Shown: positions 41,885 through 51,484, counted from the stretch's first letter. The stretch is DNA of 64,000 bases from an uncultured delta proteobacterium (GCA_963789265.1 CAWBKB010000001.1:1472001-1536000); one strand, 5' to 3'. Notes: generated from the sequence alone by a model not told the origin. Numbers and translations: made by a program.

Positions 41885-43092
41885 TTTTACACTCAGGGGG
41901 GCGGCTCTTACAGCCGCTCCCTGAAGAAATCCGAGAGGATTTTAGGGAGGTATGTGGGGTGGAATCCAGTAAAACCAATCAACCTACCAGTGGTGTAGTG
42001 GCTCAGCCACAGAAGAAGACGGTGTCGGCAAAAGAGATTGTAGCGGATATTAAATCAGGCATGTCCGACAGATCTCTTGAGCAGAAGTATCAACTCGATC
42101 AGAGCGGTCTCGACAATTTATTTAGCAAGTTGATCTCCGCGAAATTTATCACGGAGGAGGAACTACGTGGGCGAAGGAATGTTGTGAAAGACCAGACGAT
42201 TCCTGTTCCTTCCACTATACGACAAAATGGAACCGTTGCGATTCCTCAATCACAGACTACGACTACGAGCCTTATGTCGTTTGGCTTGCACGATGTGAAA
42301 ATCGTCGCAGTAGGAGCAATCCTGGGTGGAATCAGTGCAGCAGTAGTGACCTCATACTGGGGAACCGCAAAGACTTGGACAAAATGGCTGGGCAAAGCTC
42401 ATGGAGGCACATCTTGGAAATGGATCATAGCATGCGCAATCATCGGAGCAATCCTTGCCTTCTATGTGGACTGGATTCTGAAAAAACGGCGGATAATGAG
42501 GACTTCAAATCAACCACTACCCGTAACAAAGGCTTCCCAATCCGGTAAGGTCAGTGCGGAAGAGATCGAGAAAGCCATTATAATAATGCAGCGCGCCCGC
42601 AGGGACATGTTCGGTATTGCAGGCGACATAGGGATCCTTGGCATAGGCGCAGCAGGAGGCGGGATAGCCGCGACAGCGGTAGCAGCCTTCTTTGGGGCCA
42701 CAAGGATTTGGGGGGTTACCACGGCGGCAAGATGGATGGGATTCAGTTTTCACGGAGGTACACCTTGGAAATGGATCGTAGGGTGTGCAATCGTCGGAGC
42801 AATTCTGTCCTTCTCAGTTAGCAGGCTTGTTAGAAGTGGCGCACAAGGTGACGAACGGAGGAAGAGGAATATAGATGAACTGAAGAGAGAGATCGAGCAA
42901 CGAAGGAAAGCAGCCGAGAAGTCCACGGTGGATAAGGACAAGTTTGATAAGCTCGTACAATCCCTTACGATGCTCCTGAGCAATGGTAAAATGACTCCCG
43001 AAGAATCCGATGGACTCATCAACGGGATTAAGGGCGGCAACATAACCTACGAGTTTGCTTTTGCGTCCGTTGAAGAATACCTCAAAGAATAG
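41881..43092 (+). CDS. Membrane protein with the recurrent helical domain and a duplicated Gly-rich TM module
   Basis: HGGT.WKWI..CAI.GAIL occurs twice; start uncertain. Confidence 0.7.
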   Translation: MILHSGGRLLQPLPEEIREDFREVCGVESSKTNQPTSGVVAQPQKKTVSAKEIVADIKSGMSDRSLEQKYQLDQSGLDNLFSKLISAKFITEEELRGRRNVVKDQTIPVPSTIRQNGTVAIPQSQTTTTSLMSFGLHDVKIVAVGAILGGISAAVVTSYWGTAKTWTKWLGKAHGGTSWKWIIACAIIGAILAFYVDWILKKRRIMRTSNQPLPVTKASQSGKVSAEEIEKAIIIMQRARRDMFGIAGDIGILGIGAAGGGIAATAVAAFFGATRIWGVTTAARWMGFSFHGGTPWKWIVGCAIVGAILSFSVSRLVRSGAQGDERRKRNIDELKREIEQRRKAAEKSTVDKDKFDKLVQSLTMLLSNGKMTPEESDGLINGIKGGNITYEFAFASVEEYLKE

Positions 43093-43134
43093 CTGCTTGG
43101 AGGGAGAAATAGTCCCCAGAGCGGGCTGAGTCCG

Positions 43135-43311
43135 ATGAAGAAAACCATACCAGTAGAAACGATCACTGCGGATATCAAGAATGGGATCCCGGACGCGGAA
43201 CTTATGAAAAAATACGGACTGCCGGAAGAAAGCTTAAAGAAGGTGTTTGACAGGCTGTTGAGGGCTGCGTGTAATGGGTCTCGTCACGCAGAGGTAGAGG
43301 TTAAAGAATAA
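43135..43311 (+). CDS. 58 aa protein made of the recurrent helical domain
   Basis: MKKTIPVETITADIKNGIPDAELMKKYGLPEESLKKVFDRLL...; read manually. Confidence 0.65.
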   Translation: MKKTIPVETITADIKNGIPDAELMKKYGLPEESLKKVFDRLLRAACNGSRHAEVEVKE

Positions 43312-43313
43312 CG

Positions 43314-43596
43314 CTCCCGATGACCTGAAGGATCTCTGCAACGGTTGCAGACGGGGAGGCAATGAGTCGTAGGAAAGCAATGATGGAACCCGGCGTTCAG
43401 GCAGACCCTCCAAAGGGGTCCCGTGAGAACATCACTCAGTAACCACTCTGAGCTACGGCAGGTGCGTTGGCTCTCTGGGGTATCCTCGACAGCCCTGGAA
43501 AAAGAAGGCAGCTCTCGTGGAGCCTGGACCTCTCCCAGTGAGGGTCGCGAGAGTAACGCCTCCGGTTCATTCCGGCGGGGTTGTTCGGGGGATACC
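43314..43596 (+). ncRNA. Candidate large structured ncRNA, copy C (most diverged)
   Basis: Same stem architecture as copies A and B with compensatory substitutions. Confidence 0.7.
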
Positions 43597-43743
43597 AAAA
43601 CTACTTCTAATGATGCTATTGGGCATCAACCAGAGTTTACAGGATTCTCTTTGATGAACTTCTGACGTAAGGGAATATATAGTTGGAGTCCTTTCAACTC
43701 TTCAGCATCGGCCAGCCAGTTTCGGGGCAGCCAATAAGCCTAT

Positions 43744-43876
43744 TTACGGTTGATAGCCTTTTTCTGGGCTTTCCTTGGCTCCGTGCGCCTTCAGGAGTCG
43801 TACTATCTCGACTTCACCCCTTTTCGAAGCCTCCGCCACCGCCGTCTCACCCTTGGCATTGACATCCGCTCCCTTG
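43744..43876 (-). pseudogene. 3' remnant of the DUF4424-ankyrin gene, separated by the transposon
   Basis: KGADVNAKGETAVAEASKRGEVEIVRLLKAHGAKE continues VKVLLD from 46819. Confidence 0.85.
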
Positions 43877-44046
43877 TGTAGATTTTCAAATTGTATGGAC
43901 TGAAAAGGGGTGATTTTCTCAGAATAGATTGACCTGGGGAGAAAAAATATCAGAATAGATGGACGGGATGAATGAATAGGGCGGTGGCTTGACGGAGCTA
44001 CCGCCCGAAGCATGTACGGGCCATAAGGCCCCTCAAAGGTATTGTC

Positions 44047-44493
44047 ATGATAGTCTTCCTGTCTGTCTCCATCAAGGAGATTGTGGAGAGGGGGCGGGAT
44101 TTTCCCTGGCCCCGGCCCAAGAATTGCCCTCGGTGCGGCGGTACTCGGTTATGGGGTCATGGATTTGTCACTGCCATTTTCGATGGTTTTGTTACCCATG
44201 TTTTGCTCCGACGCTGGCGTTGTCCGGAATGCCGCTGCGTGGTGAGGATTCGGCCCAGCGGATATTTCCCTCGATTTCAGGCTTCTGTTGACACTATTCG
44301 TTCGTCCATTGCCTTTAGGCTGGCAAATGACAGATGGCCTGGAGATATTCCACGGTCCAGGCAAGGGCATTGGCTGAGATCTCTTAAAAGGAGAGTGAAT
44401 GCCTTGCTTGGCCAGAGATGGAGCAGACGTCTGCTGGAGGGTTTCGATGAGTTGATGCTCAAAAATGAGCCCCCGGTTTGCCGTCGCATCTAA
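44047..44493 (+). CDS. Zn-finger accessory protein (DUF6431-like)
   Basis: CPRC..WGHG..RRWRCPEC; homolog of 33109-33555. Confidence 0.75.
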   Translation: MIVFLSVSIKEIVERGRDFPWPRPKNCPRCGGTRLWGHGFVTAIFDGFVTHVLLRRWRCPECRCVVRIRPSGYFPRFQASVDTIRSSIAFRLANDRWPGDIPRSRQGHWLRSLKRRVNALLGQRWSRRLLEGFDELMLKNEPPVCRRI

Positions 44494-44598
44494 TCTGCGA
44501 AGCCCGTCGATCCGGTTGCACCCTACCGAAGAGTGCCGTTGTGCTGGGATTGTGTTCGGGGTACCACCCCAGGCAACATACCTAAGGAGGGAGACCCG

Positions 44599-45901
44599 AT
44601 GGACGAAGATGAGAAAAAGCGGATTGCGGCCTTCAGGTTTGGCGTGATTCACGACCTGGTGGGGAATGTGGAGCTGGAACCCGGTGAGCAGGAGCGCCTG
44701 ATACGGGAGAAGTGCGACCGGAAATGGGTGATACCCTTTTCACAGAAGACTCGTATTACCCGCAGCACAATTTTGCGCTGGGTGAAGCTCTACAAGGAGT
44801 CCGGCGGCAAATTGGAGGTGTTGGCCAACCGAGGGAGGTCTGATAACGGCAAGAGTCGCGCCATAGACGAAGAGACCAGTTTGGCTTTGATCCGTTTGAG
44901 GTATGAGCTTCCCAAGGCTACCATAGCCCGTCTCTTGCGTGAGATGAACAAGCGACAACTGGTCTCTCCGGGGCTAGTCCTTACTAGATCAACAGTACAC
45001 CGCTTCTTGAGCAGCAATGGTCTCATGAAGCAGAATCAGATCACGGCCGAAGACCGCAGACGGTTTGAAGCTGAACTGCCCAATGATCTGTGGCAGTCGG
45101 ATTGCATGCACGGGCCAAAAGTGGATCATCAGGGGAAGAATCGAAAGACCTATCTCATTGCTTTCATAGACGACCATTCCAGGTTGGTTCCTCATGCCGA
45201 GTTTTACCTCTCCGAGTCACTCCCGTCGTTTCTGAAAGCCCTTGAAGAAGCCCTCTTGACCAGAGGGCTACCCAGAAAAATCTATACGGACAATGGAAGT
45301 GCCTTTCGCTCCCATCATCTGGAACACGTCACGGCAAGCCTTGGGATTGCTCTCATCCATGCAAGGCCGTACAAACCACAGGGAAAGGGAAAAATAGAGA
45401 GGTTCTTCCGAACCGTGAGGGGGGACTTTCTGTCTTGCTTCAAAGGAAATACGCTTGCCGAGCTGAATCAAGCCCTGTTCTTCTGGTTGAATGACATCTA
45501 TCATCAGAGAATACACTCCTCAACAGGGCAAACCCCCTTTGCTCGGTTCACTTCAAGAATGGAATGCCTGAGAGAAGCCCCTCACAATCTCAAAGACTAT
45601 TTTCGCAAGACCGTGCGGCGCAGAGTAGCAAAGGACAGGACCATAAGCCTGGACGGAAGGATCTATGAAGCACCTGTCTCACTCATCGGGCGTCAGGTGG
45701 CCCTTCTGTACCACGAGGGGGAACCGGAGCGAGTAGAGATCATGCTCGGCGGGGTCTCCTACGGTATGGCCACCCCCGTAAACCTCCACGTCAATTGCCG
45801 GGTGAAGCGGGATAAGGTACAGCAGCATTAGACTGGAAGGCACGGAACAATCCGAAAAATACCAGAGTGGCGGCCTCTGGGGGAAGAGAGGCCGTAAATG
45901 A
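44599..45901 (+). CDS. DDE transposase, +1 frameshift at 45816-45817
   Basis: Same motifs as copy 1; removing one G restores ...EKYQSGGLWGK and the ATGA overlap with the ATPase. Confidence 0.9.
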
Positions 45902-46707
45902 GTACCAATTACCGCTCATTTTTCGGTATGACTCGTGAGGCTTTCCCAACGGATATAAGCGTCAAGGACATCATGGAGACTCAAGATATCAAGGCTATCA
46001 AAGAGCGCTTTGATTATACGGTCAGGCTGGGGGCCATTGCGACCATCACCGGTGAGGTGGGATCGGGAAAGTCTACAGCGCTCCGGTACGTTATCTCGAA
46101 GCTTCACCCCTCAGAATACAAAACCCTCTGGATTACTGCCTGTTCAGGCTCGATCCTGGAGTTTTATCGGCTCTTTCTCGCTGAATTCGGCGTACACATG
46201 GCAGGCTCGTCAAAAGCGGTGATGGTACGCCTCATAAAAAAGGCAATACGGGAAATCATCCTTGAGAAGAAGATGAAAATCGTGCTGGTCGTCGATGAGG
46301 CGGGCCTATTGCGCCTGGAGGTCCTTGCCGAACTCCACACCATCACCCAATTCGAGGCTGACTCAAAACCCTGGCTCCCCATCATCCTTACGGGGAGGTC
46401 GAATCTCATCGACAAACTCATGTATCAAACATCCCTGCCGCTCGCTTCAAGGGGCGTCGCACGAACCCACATGGAACCTGTAGAAAGACAAGAGATGGAG
46501 CATTACCTACTCCATCACCTTGCTCTCACCGGCGTCAAATCCAACCTCTTCGATGATCCGGCCATCACAGCCATCCATCAAGGCTCAGGAGGAATATTCA
46601 GAAAGGCAAATCATCTGGCAAGAGGGGCTCTCATCGCAGCGGCCGACAGCCAATCTACCCTCGTTACCGCCGACCACGTCAGGCTGGCTGCCACGGAAAT
46701 CTTTTAA
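45898..46707 (+). CDS. ExeA-like AAA ATPase
   Basis: GEVGSGKST and VLVVDEA motifs. Confidence 0.9.
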   Translation: MSTNYRSFFGMTREAFPTDISVKDIMETQDIKAIKERFDYTVRLGAIATITGEVGSGKSTALRYVISKLHPSEYKTLWITACSGSILEFYRLFLAEFGVHMAGSSKAVMVRLIKKAIREIILEKKMKIVLVVDEAGLLRLEVLAELHTITQFEADSKPWLPIILTGRSNLIDKLMYQTSLPLASRGVARTHMEPVERQEMEHYLLHHLALTGVKSNLFDDPAITAIHQGSGGIFRKANHLARGALIAAADSQSTLVTADHVRLAATEIF

Positions 46708-46818
46708 GCAACCAAAACCGGGCCGGACCACCAGGCCCGGTCCAGACAATCTGAAAAAAACAGGAGGATTATCCCAAATAATCAGAGAAAATCGGTCAAT
46801 CTAATGTGGGAAACAACA

Positions 46819-47929
46819 CCTTGTCCAACAGAACCTTCACTGGTTCCACGTTACGACTACGTGAGGCCCACATCAGTGCTGTCCCACCATCCCTATCCTT
46901 GGCATTGACGTCCGCTCCCTTGTCCAACAGGGTCTTCAGCACCTCAACGTGACCAAACCACGAGGCATACATCAGTGCTGTCCTGCCAAAGAAACCGATG
47001 GCATTGACACCCGCTCCCTTGTCCAACAGAACCTTCACTGTCTCCACGCGACCAGATAATGAAGCCTCCATCAGTAATGTCAACTCACTCGGTGTCATCG
47101 CATTGACATCCCCACCTTCAGCCAAGAGACCTTCCACAGCAGCGGTGTCGCCTCTTCTGACAGCTTGATCTAAAAGAAAGTAGCTATCACGCTTGGCTTC
47201 ATGCTCTGAACAGAAACAGACTTCGATTTCAGCATGAGGATCACTCGGTTTGAAATCACTTATCTCGTATTTCACTTGTTTAGGGGAAATAAGTGTTTGA
47301 GTGCTTGTCGCCGGTTCTCCACGTACTCGAAAATTCATTTTGCTAGCCTGATTTCCATCTATAATAAAAACAGCCTTTCCTATCGTACCGTTCCAAAACG
47401 AACCTGTTCCGTAAATATACCTCGCGCAAATACCCTCGTATTTCGCCTTGTATCGCACGCGCGTCACCGTAGCAGAATGACCTGAAAACGTCACTTTCTT
47501 TGCCATCCAGTGATCGCCCGGAACCCCCGTGGGTTCGCCGTCTTCGTCTGAAAGAAACTTGTGGACGGAATCCCACAACCCCGGAAGATTACCTTTCTCA
47601 CTTACTTCTGTGAATTCTACTTCTTGGTCGTTAACCCAAGTTTCAAATTTAATAAATTGAAAGGTCTTACCAAAAACTTTCGGAAAACCAACCCACTCCG
47701 TGGTGGTTTCCCCAGCGTTAAAGAAGTGAAAGACAGCATCGACGATATAGCTATCGTACAGCAACTTAATAGTTACTTCTTCGGATTCCATTCTAATCGA
47801 TTGGTGGTGACCTTTTGGCGACGGACCTCCCCCAACTAATCCCATCGGCATCTCATTTGTTTCTCCCAGACTAGTGAAGAAAAGAGATGCCCCGCTCGCC
47901 AGGCACAAAAGAAGTACAAATAATCTCAT
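46819..47929 (-). pseudogene. Secreted DUF4424-like plus ankyrin protein, interrupted by transposon copy 2
   Basis: Signal peptide, IRMESEEV.I, YIYGTGSFW.G.I, then ankyrin repeats cut at the TSD. Confidence 0.85.
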
Positions 47930-48099
47930 GGGTATCCCCCGTAAAACCCATTGCCTGCTCAGTTTTAGTGTGAGCAGTCCCCCGTGACCGGACCCAGGCA
48001 AGAACCGGCGTGACGTTGATGAAAAAGTCCATTTTAGGCTGTTGCTAAATATACCTAGCCCTCCGCTGCTGCGTCAACCATTTCTTCCACCGCATCGTC

Positions 48100-48290
48100 A
48101 CCCGAACACCGTTCGGTAGTATCAAGCCAAAGCGAAGGCTGAAGCCACATGGACCTGCCACCTCCTACCGTGATATGCGACCTTCGCTCCGACTTTGATC
48201 AGACGCTTGACGAGCCATTTTAATGGCCGTTTGACTTCTTCGCCCGTCAAGTAGAATTGCCGGAGCATGTGCAGGAAGATCAGGAAACGT
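48100..48290 (-). pseudogene. IS1380-like transposase C-terminal remnant
   Basis: WLVKRLIKVGAKVAYHGRRWQVHVASAF. Confidence 0.6.
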
Positions 48291-48300
48291 AAACGTGTCC

Positions 48301-48536
48301 ACTCACGGTCACAGGCTAACCAATGATTCTTACCTGTCCTTCGAAGGGACACCTAGCCTCAAGGCGTCACCGCATGTTGTCCTTCCGTACTCGTCATCTC
48401 GTTTGTCAGCTCCCCCAGCGGATATTCTCGACAAAATTGACCTCCTGAGAACCACGTAGGGCGACGATCTGGGTCAGAGCAAGGGGTAAGGCAGGGGGCA
48501 ACAGAGGTTGCGGGAAATCGCATCTGAGTGGCTCGT
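48301..48536. repeat. ~230 bp non-coding repeat F2, copy a (copy b 50758-50984)
   Basis: Shared ccaatgatt..tacctgtccttcga.gggacacctagcctcaa, tgtccttccgtactc, ccagcggatattctc and aaatcgcatctgag.ggctcgt. Confidence 0.85.
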
Positions 48537-48722
48537 CTGCTCGACCGAACCCGGTCCCTTTCTGCTTGACGGTTTTCACAGTCCCTTATACTGTCCGAAT
48601 TGTTCCAGCAGGCATCAAGCCGGTGCCATAGATATTCCGGGTATCAGGATTGTGCCTCCCGAGAAGCGCCGCGGGAGGAGAGCAGCTTACATTCTTGGAA
48701 TCCCTAGAAATGGAGGCTCAAA

Positions 48723-49205
48723 ACGTCAAGTATAAGACACAGAGCCATACAAGGCATCAAAGCGGGGGACGAATTTTCGGTGTCACGCACTTTCACGGAA
48801 CAGGACGTGATGCAATTTGCGGACTTGTCCCGAGATTACAACCCCGTCCATCTGGAGGATCGATTCGCCAAGGCAAAGAAGTTCGGTGGAAGGATCTGTC
48901 ACGGTCTTCTCGTGGGGAGCATGCTTACCGAAATCGGTGGACAGATAGGCGTCCTCGCCTCTCATATGGACTTCGTGTTCAAGAAGCCGGTCTATTTTGG
49001 AGATACTGTGACCTGCTGTTGGACCTTCACTGAGATTGACCAGAAAGGTCGCGCCAAAGCACAGGTAGTGTTTCAAAATCAAGACGAGATCGTCGTACTC
49101 ACTGCCACTGTCAAAGGAATTATACCGGGCGTGCCGGAAAGAGCAATCTTGAAGGCTATGGTCGAAGAAGGAGATCCAACAAACAAGCTTTCCGGGAAGT
49201 TGTAA
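48723..49205 (+). CDS. MaoC-like dehydratase (apparent ACG start codon)
   Basis: DYNPVH...FGGRICHGLL, F.KPVYFGDT; GGAGG RBS before the in-frame ACG. Confidence 0.85.
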   Translation, partial: TSSIRHRAIQGIKAGDEFSVSRTFTEQDVMQFADLSRDYNPVHLEDRFAKAKKFGGRICHGLLVGSMLTEIGGQIGVLASHMDFVFKKPVYFGDTVTCCWTFTEIDQKGRAKAQVVFQNQDEIVVLTATVKGIIPGVPERAILKAMVEEGDPTNKLSGKL

Positions 49206-49229
49206 GCCAGTGGGTTGATGTCACTAAGA

Positions 49230-49267
49230 TAACGCCTCCGCTAGTCGGCGGGGTTGTCGGGGGATAC
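49230..49267 (+). ncRNA. 3' fragment (copy D) of the candidate structured RNA
   Basis: taacgcctccg..cggcggggttgtcgggggatac matches the 3' end of copies A-C. Confidence 0.65.
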
Positions 49268-49340
49268 GAAGACGATAGAATAATCACCATCGAAATCCCC
49301 AATCCTGCAGCCGAGCTATCGCTTCGTTCAAAACGCCTTT

Positions 49341-50405
49341 CTAATCTTCGAGGCGTGGCACTGTGTCTTCGGCAATGAGATCGTCAAGAATAGCAATCCC
49401 TTTGATCGGGTGTTCGTTGAGATGCGAGATCATGGGAAAGATGTGTTTCTGAGCAAACTCCAGAGCGAGCAGAACATGGCTGAAGAACCACGTCTTGTCT
49501 TGGGGCTCCCTGTCAGCCACATTCATGCACTCTAAGATTTGCTGCCATTTACTTCGCCGCTTCGACTTCTTACCTGCGAAAAGGCTCCTAGCCTGCCCGT
49601 GAGCAACTGCTGAGCGGATGTCATAAAGGTGTCCTAAGAGCGTTGTCATTTGCGTGAAATTGAGTTTTCGAGCCGTCTGATCAAAACCCCACAGATCAGC
49701 ATCCTTCACGAATTTGGTGTAATAGGCTGAGCCAATCAGTCTGAACTGCACAGAGATTTCTGCCGAGGCTCCTTGAACAAACAGACTTTCAAGACCGGCA
49801 ATCATGAGAACGACGGCTTCGCAGAGGTCCAAGTAATCGTAATAACGATATTTCCCAGAAAAACCGTTTATAGTCCAAAAAGACTTCTGGAGGAGCACGA
49901 TGCTCCCCGCCAAGGATTCGTTGCTGTGAAAGAGATCAAACCAGGCTTCAACAGAGGAATTAGAAGGAATCCAGTCCTGCTGATCGGGTCGCCGATTAAG
50001 CGAGAAACCGCTGTGAGAAGATGATTCCGTGAAAATCTCTTCGTCAGTGGCTTGGCCCTCTTTTTTTGGCTGGCCCAGCATGAAAAGCAGCTTCAGCTCA
50101 ATATCTTTTGGCAGATTCTTAGGATACGAGAAATAGAATATTTTCCGCGGACGACGATCATTCACGAACAAGGCAAGCAAAATGTTTTCCAAATCCTGGA
50201 CTGCTCGGTAAATCTCGGCGTCTTGAAAGTTGAGCCGAATTTGTCGGTTAAAAATCATGGAGAAGGAGCGGTCATCGACGCACCAATCGGCGAATCTGAA
50301 CGAGGAATATTTTGCAGTAGTGTAAGAGCCAGGCCCCACTACTGCCGAAAGCATAAAGGTTTCTTGCTCAATTTGCTGCCGCTTCAATGTTCCTACCTTC
50401 AACAT
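49341..50405 (-). CDS. Apea-like HEPN domain protein
   Basis: AGLESLF...EIS.QF and LYDIRSAVAHG (RxxxxH). Confidence 0.7.
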   Translation of the reverse strand: MLKVGTLKRQQIEQETFMLSAVVGPGSYTTAKYSSFRFADWCVDDRSFSMIFNRQIRLNFQDAEIYRAVQDLENILLALFVNDRRPRKIFYFSYPKNLPKDIELKLLFMLGQPKKEGQATDEEIFTESSSHSGFSLNRRPDQQDWIPSNSSVEAWFDLFHSNESLAGSIVLLQKSFWTINGFSGKYRYYDYLDLCEAVVLMIAGLESLFVQGASAEISVQFRLIGSAYYTKFVKDADLWGFDQTARKLNFTQMTTLLGHLYDIRSAVAHGQARSLFAGKKSKRRSKWQQILECMNVADREPQDKTWFFSHVLLALEFAQKHIFPMISHLNEHPIKGIAILDDLIAEDTVPRLED

Positions 50406-50487
50406 CTCGGTACTGTCTTGGTCGTTGTGTTGGATTGGAGCTATAGATACGACATGGAAAGAAACTTCGCAATATGATGAAGCGAAA

Positions 50488-50737
50488 GGGAGGCGATTCT
50501 GCCCAGGAAGGAAATCACGGAACCCTCAAGTTCAGGCAACCGGCAACGGTGAGTGCAAACGTGACCGGGTACACGGGTACTGCGAAGGACCCACCCCCGG
50601 CTGGGACTTGACATCGCCTCTCAAGGGTATCTCCGACAGCCTTGGAAAAAAAAGGCCCCTCCGCGAAGCCTGAACCTCGAAAGAGTCGCGAGAGTAATGC
50701 CTCCGACGAAAATCGGCGGGGTTGTTGAGGGATACCC
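50488..50737 (+). ncRNA. Candidate large structured ncRNA, copy B
   Basis: Homologous to copies A and C; perfect GTTCAGGC/GCCTGAAC long-range complement. Confidence 0.7.
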
Positions 50738-50757
50738 AAGTTCACTTGCCCTTCATG

Positions 50758-50984
50758 ACTCACGGGTTTACCCAATGATTTCTACCTGTCCTTCGATGGG
50801 ACACCTAGCCTCAACTCTCGGCACTTTGTCCTTCCGTACTCATCATCTCGTTTCTCAGCTCTCCCAGCGGATATTCTCAAAAGATGGACGCCCTGAGAAC
50901 AACGTAGAGCCACGATCTGGGGTCGGTGAAGGGTAAGGGTCGGGAGAAAAAGCACGACCCGCAAATCGCATCTGAGAGGCTCGT
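50758..50984. repeat. ~230 bp non-coding repeat F2, copy b
   Basis: Alignment with 48301-48536. Confidence 0.85.
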
Positions 50985-51292
50985 GGCTGCCGCGCTTCAG
51001 GAGCGTATTGGAGAGGCATCGTGTCGCTACCGGAAGTGGGCGGAGGGACATTTCGGGTAGAATATCTCCCTTCGCTTTGTCATGCGGGTCCGCTTAATAA
51101 CCATCCTGAAAAAATATTCACCTTATTTCATAAGGGGATTTTGTATATTTCGACTCGCTGCAAGTTGCATTCTAAACATGTTGACTTACATTCTAGTCTA
51201 CCAACCTTGTCTCTCAGATAAGACGAACCTGCCAAACATCTCTGTCACGGAAAACGTCTTTCTTACATCAACACTCAATGGAGGTGTGCAAC

Positions 51293-51472
51293 ATGATACC
51301 GGAATACCCAGCATCCATAACAATAAGGGTTCCACATGACATCCGCTCACAGCTCGAATCCATGTCTCTGAGGGAGGATAAGCCCATCTCTCGCATAGTC
51401 AGGTCAGTTATAGCAGAGGGGCTGAAACAGAAAATGGCTCCTGACAATGACTTCATCGAACTCGAAGCGTAA
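51293..51472 (+). CDS. Ribbon-helix-helix (CopG-like) protein
   Basis: GGAGG RBS; SITIRVP..IR..LE......KPISRIVR..I.EGL. Confidence 0.7.
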   Translation: MIPEYPASITIRVPHDIRSQLESMSLREDKPISRIVRSVIAEGLKQKMAPDNDFIELEA

Positions 51473-51484
51473 TCGAAAAAACAA

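Larger units (their letters stand above)
43877..46818 (+). mobile_element. Three-gene Mu/Tn7-like DDE transposon, copy 2
   Basis: TGTAG...CAACA ends; 5-bp TSD CCTTG at 43872-43876 and 46819-46823. Confidence 0.92.

Noticed and set aside
30786..46818. Composite transposon formed by the two DDE elements
   Set aside because: The copies are diverged, copy 2 has its own TSD, and the outer flanks do not match
47930..47950. Reverse-strand GGGTTTTACGGGGGATACC resembling the 3' end of the RNA candidate
   Set aside because: Too short, and it overlaps the likely RBS of the DUF4424-ankyrin gene
51123..51150. dif-like site upstream of the Prim-Pol module
   Set aside because: The XerD arm deviates too far from TTATGTTAAAT to support a call
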